From the NCBI GenBank assembly GCA_030390025.1, contig CM059452.1:7688001-7752000 (forward strand): DNA of 64,000 nt, given 5' to 3'. Every line of letters begins with the position of its first letter. The first letter of the stretch is position 1. The notes under the pieces were generated by a model, which did no database searches, had not been told where the DNA came from, and saw only the letters and a list, made by a program, of their open reading frames with translations. This document shows positions 61,239 to 64,000 of this stretch, one piece after another. The translations under genes and the position numbers were made by a program. This DNA is from Squalus acanthias (taxonomy: Eukaryota).

Positions 61239-62423
61239 AAAATCTATCACATCCTCTGCACCGGCATCTGAACAGTTCACAGAATATCCGCCAGAGGGCG
61301 CCAGGTCACAATATTCCTTTTATGGGTCAGACCCCGGGCAGTGAGTTAAATGATGTTTTTCCACCAGTTGTGTCAATTTTGGAATAAATTGAAGATTAAT
61401 ATTTGAAATCCACAATGCGCTGGGTCGGTACATCTGGCAATAATCATCACAAAAGGCATCCATCATATCGAAGGATTGAATTCTGATACTAACCAGTGAG
61501 CGGGACAAGTGAGTGGAATGGTGTGGAAGATGGGGAAAGGAATATTAAAATGTGAATGAAAGACACAGCCTGGGATCTGATTTCTGAAGCCATTAACTGT
61601 ACCGATGGTGGAGATCGATGTTAAAGGAGCGAAACACAAACCGAAACCGCCTGTATTTTGTTGCGTTCTCTGTGCCACATCCTTTTCTAATACGAGTGAA
61701 AGTTGTGAGGAGTTTCTCACGCCCTCCTCTGCTCGCGGGCAATTTAAGCAGATGTGCGGTAAATTGCATTAAAAGGCCAATGTGGCGCCCCTCCATTCTC
61801 GCCCATTGCAAATCCAAAATCTGAAGATTATGGATCAGTAAATAAATAATTTCAGTCGCAAAGAAATTATCAGATAGAATTTAAACAGCATTTTAAATAC
61901 AAACCACAGAAGGGGTCGGTGTTCGAAACGCTGTTTAAATTACAGGGAGAGTTTACTCTTTCAGTCTGTTCAATTGTTTGCTCAGTAACAGCAGACGTCA
62001 TCGTTCTAATATCACGGCTCCATAAACCACTCCGACAACAGACGGGATCATTAGTTCATGAGTTCACTGACCCGTGAGGGAAAGCTCACTGGAGTCGGTA
62101 AAAGTAACGAATGGCTCGCGGAATAAAACAAACCTATTCGCAATGATGTGCTTTCCGTTCTGAATGAACAGCCAAGGGTTTCATTCCCACCCCGGTCTCT
62201 AAAAGCGGAACCATTCCCCTATAAGGACACTGACTATAGCCCAGCTCGGGCTGTTTCCATTCACTGGCAGCCAGCTCACCACCTACCGGTCTCACAGCAC
62301 CACTGGGGATACAAGGAAGTGAGGTGAGAGCATCCTGAAACATGACAGCACATTATTGTGGGCAGGGATTAGAACGGGTGTCTTCAAATAGCCAACCCCC
62401 CTTTTACAGAGCGGACAGCGGTA

Positions 62424-62889
62424 ATGCGGCTACTCAGCATCTGGGCTGTGTGGGGGGCATTTCTGACAGGTAATTGTGGACCAAACACATTTCATCTTTT
62501 CTCTCATTTCTAACATGGTTTGAATCTGAATTTTAAACACCCGCCGGTCTGATCTTTTCCTGTTTGTACATGTTTTTCAGATCTGAGTCTTGGAGATTCT
62601 GTCACTCAGCCGCTGTCCTCAGGAGTTAAGACAGAAGGAGAAGCGGTGACTTTAAGCTGTACCTATGATACTACACAGAGCGGCTATTTTTTATACTGGT
62701 ACCGGCAACACCCAGACACACAGCCCGAGTTTATACTGAGCAAATACTGGAGCGGTGCTGAAGTTAAAGCAGATTTTGCTAAAACCCGTTTCTCTGCTGA
62801 GCTCCAGACCTCGACTAAATTCACCAGTTTAACCATCTCGGGGTTGCAGCTGACTGACGCTGCCGTGTATTACTGTGCTCTCTGGAACT
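62424..62889 (+). CDS. TCR alpha/delta V segment, intact; leader 62424-62469, V exon 62581-62889
   Basis: MRLLSIWAVWGAFLTDLSLG-DSVTQPLSSGVKTEGEAVTLSCTYDTTQSGYFLYWYRQHPDTQPEFIL...TDAAVYYCALWN; RSS CACAGTG-23bp-ACAAAAACT (62890-62928). Confidence 0.94.
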
Positions 62890-63272
62890 CACAGTGATGG
62901 AAAGCAGTCTCAGCCCTGTACAAAAACTGCCATTGGACTGTAGGGCGGAGCTCCTGTCTGTTGGGGTTGTGTGGAATCGCGGGCAGATGCAGCCACAATG
63001 AGCAGCGCGCTGTCAGGCGCTCAAACACACACCGAGAGGAAACCAAATTAACCTCGGATCAAACTGTCACCCAACTGTTTCCAGGAGTGGCCGAGAAAAC
63101 AAACTGCAGAATCCAATCGGCCCGAAAGATCGATCACAGAATGAACCGACCGGTTAAACTGTCCTTTCTGCTTCTGATCAGCTGTTTTCCCTTAAAGTCA
63201 TAGATCGATGTTCAGATCAGCTCCGAGAAAGAGGTTGCTGACAGCGCCAGGAACTTCCTGCTGGTCGCTCCG

Positions 63273-64000
63273 TTTTTTTATTCGTTTATGGGATGTGGGC
63301 GTCGCTGGCAAAGCCAGCATTTATTGCCCATCCCTAGTTGCCCTTGAGAAGGTGGTGGTGAGCCGCCTTCTTGAACCGCTGCAGTCCGTGTGGTGATGGT
63401 ACTCCCACAGTGCTGTTCGGCAGGGAGTTCCAGGATTTTGACCCAGCGACGATGAAGGATCGGTGATACATTTCCAAGTCAGGATGGTGTGTGACTTGGA
63501 GGGGAACTTGCAGGTTGTGGTGTTACCATGCGCCTGCTGCCCTTGTCCTTCTAGGTGGTAGAGGTCGCGGGTTTGGGAGGTGCTGTCGAAGAAGCCTTGG
63601 CGAGGTGCTGCAGTGCATCTTGTAGATGAACACACTGCAGCCACGGTACTCTGGTGGTGGAGGGAGTTAATGTTTAAGGTGGTGGATGGGATGCCAATCA
63701 AGCGGGCTGCTTTGTCCTGGATGGTGTCAAACTTCTTGAGTGTTGTTGGAGCTCCACTCATCCAGGCAAGTGGAGAGTATTCCATCACACTCCTTACTTG
63801 TGCCTTGTAGATGTTAGAAAGGCTTTGGGGATTCAGGAGGTGAGATATTTGCCGCAGAATACCTAGCCTCTGACCTGCTCTTGTTGCCACAGTATTTATG
63901 GGGCTGGTCCAGTTAATTTTCTGGTCAATGGTGACCCCCCAGGATGTTGATGGCGTGGGATTCGGCAATGGTAATGCCGTTGAATGTCAAATTGCCGTGA
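63273..64000 (-). mobile_element. Non-LTR retrotransposon 3' portion (same family as 33634-35212), runs off the window
   Basis: GVTIDQK.NW...YKAQVRSVMEYSPLAW; shared 3' end. Confidence 0.92.

Noticed and set aside
14549-62889. IgH-type V (VH/TAILV) or CDR1-Cys leaderless supporting V-delta among the Vs
   Set aside because: The Vs read as TCR alpha/delta-type; none has VH hallmarks or the leaderless CDR1-Cys pattern. TRAV versus TRDV usage cannot be decided from the sequence alone.

Overview
Eukaryotic DNA, almost certainly from a cartilaginous fish (shark-type Deu-domain SINEs, CR1/L2 LINEs, NAR-type V). The window is the edge of a T-cell receptor alpha/delta variable-gene array. From 14.5 to 63 kb I find 11 intact-looking TRAV/TRDV-type segments (leader exon + V exon + 22-24 bp-spacer RSS; 6 on +, 5 on -) and 14 pseudogenes, fragments or orphan leaders, arranged in direct and inverted segmental duplications and interrupted by LINEs and a ~9.5 kb 27-bp satellite. 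At 9977-11298 (-) is a complete germline NAR-type (NAR-TCR-like) L-V-D-J cassette with 22 / 12-D-12 / 23 RSS, but I could not find the leaderless supporting V-delta that normally follows it. About 6 kb beyond its J, on the opposite strand, is an immunoglobulin heavy-chain membrane (TM1) exon (3652-3779, absent from the ORF track), so an IgH gene ends tail-to-tail against the NAR-TCR/TCR V array. Other notable points: a V family with Cys23->Tyr and Trp41->Leu, about 16 CTCF-consensus motifs (several just 3' of V RSSs), and a minimal hammerhead ribozyme motif in a Penelope-like fragment. All calls come from manual reading and translation; no database search was run.
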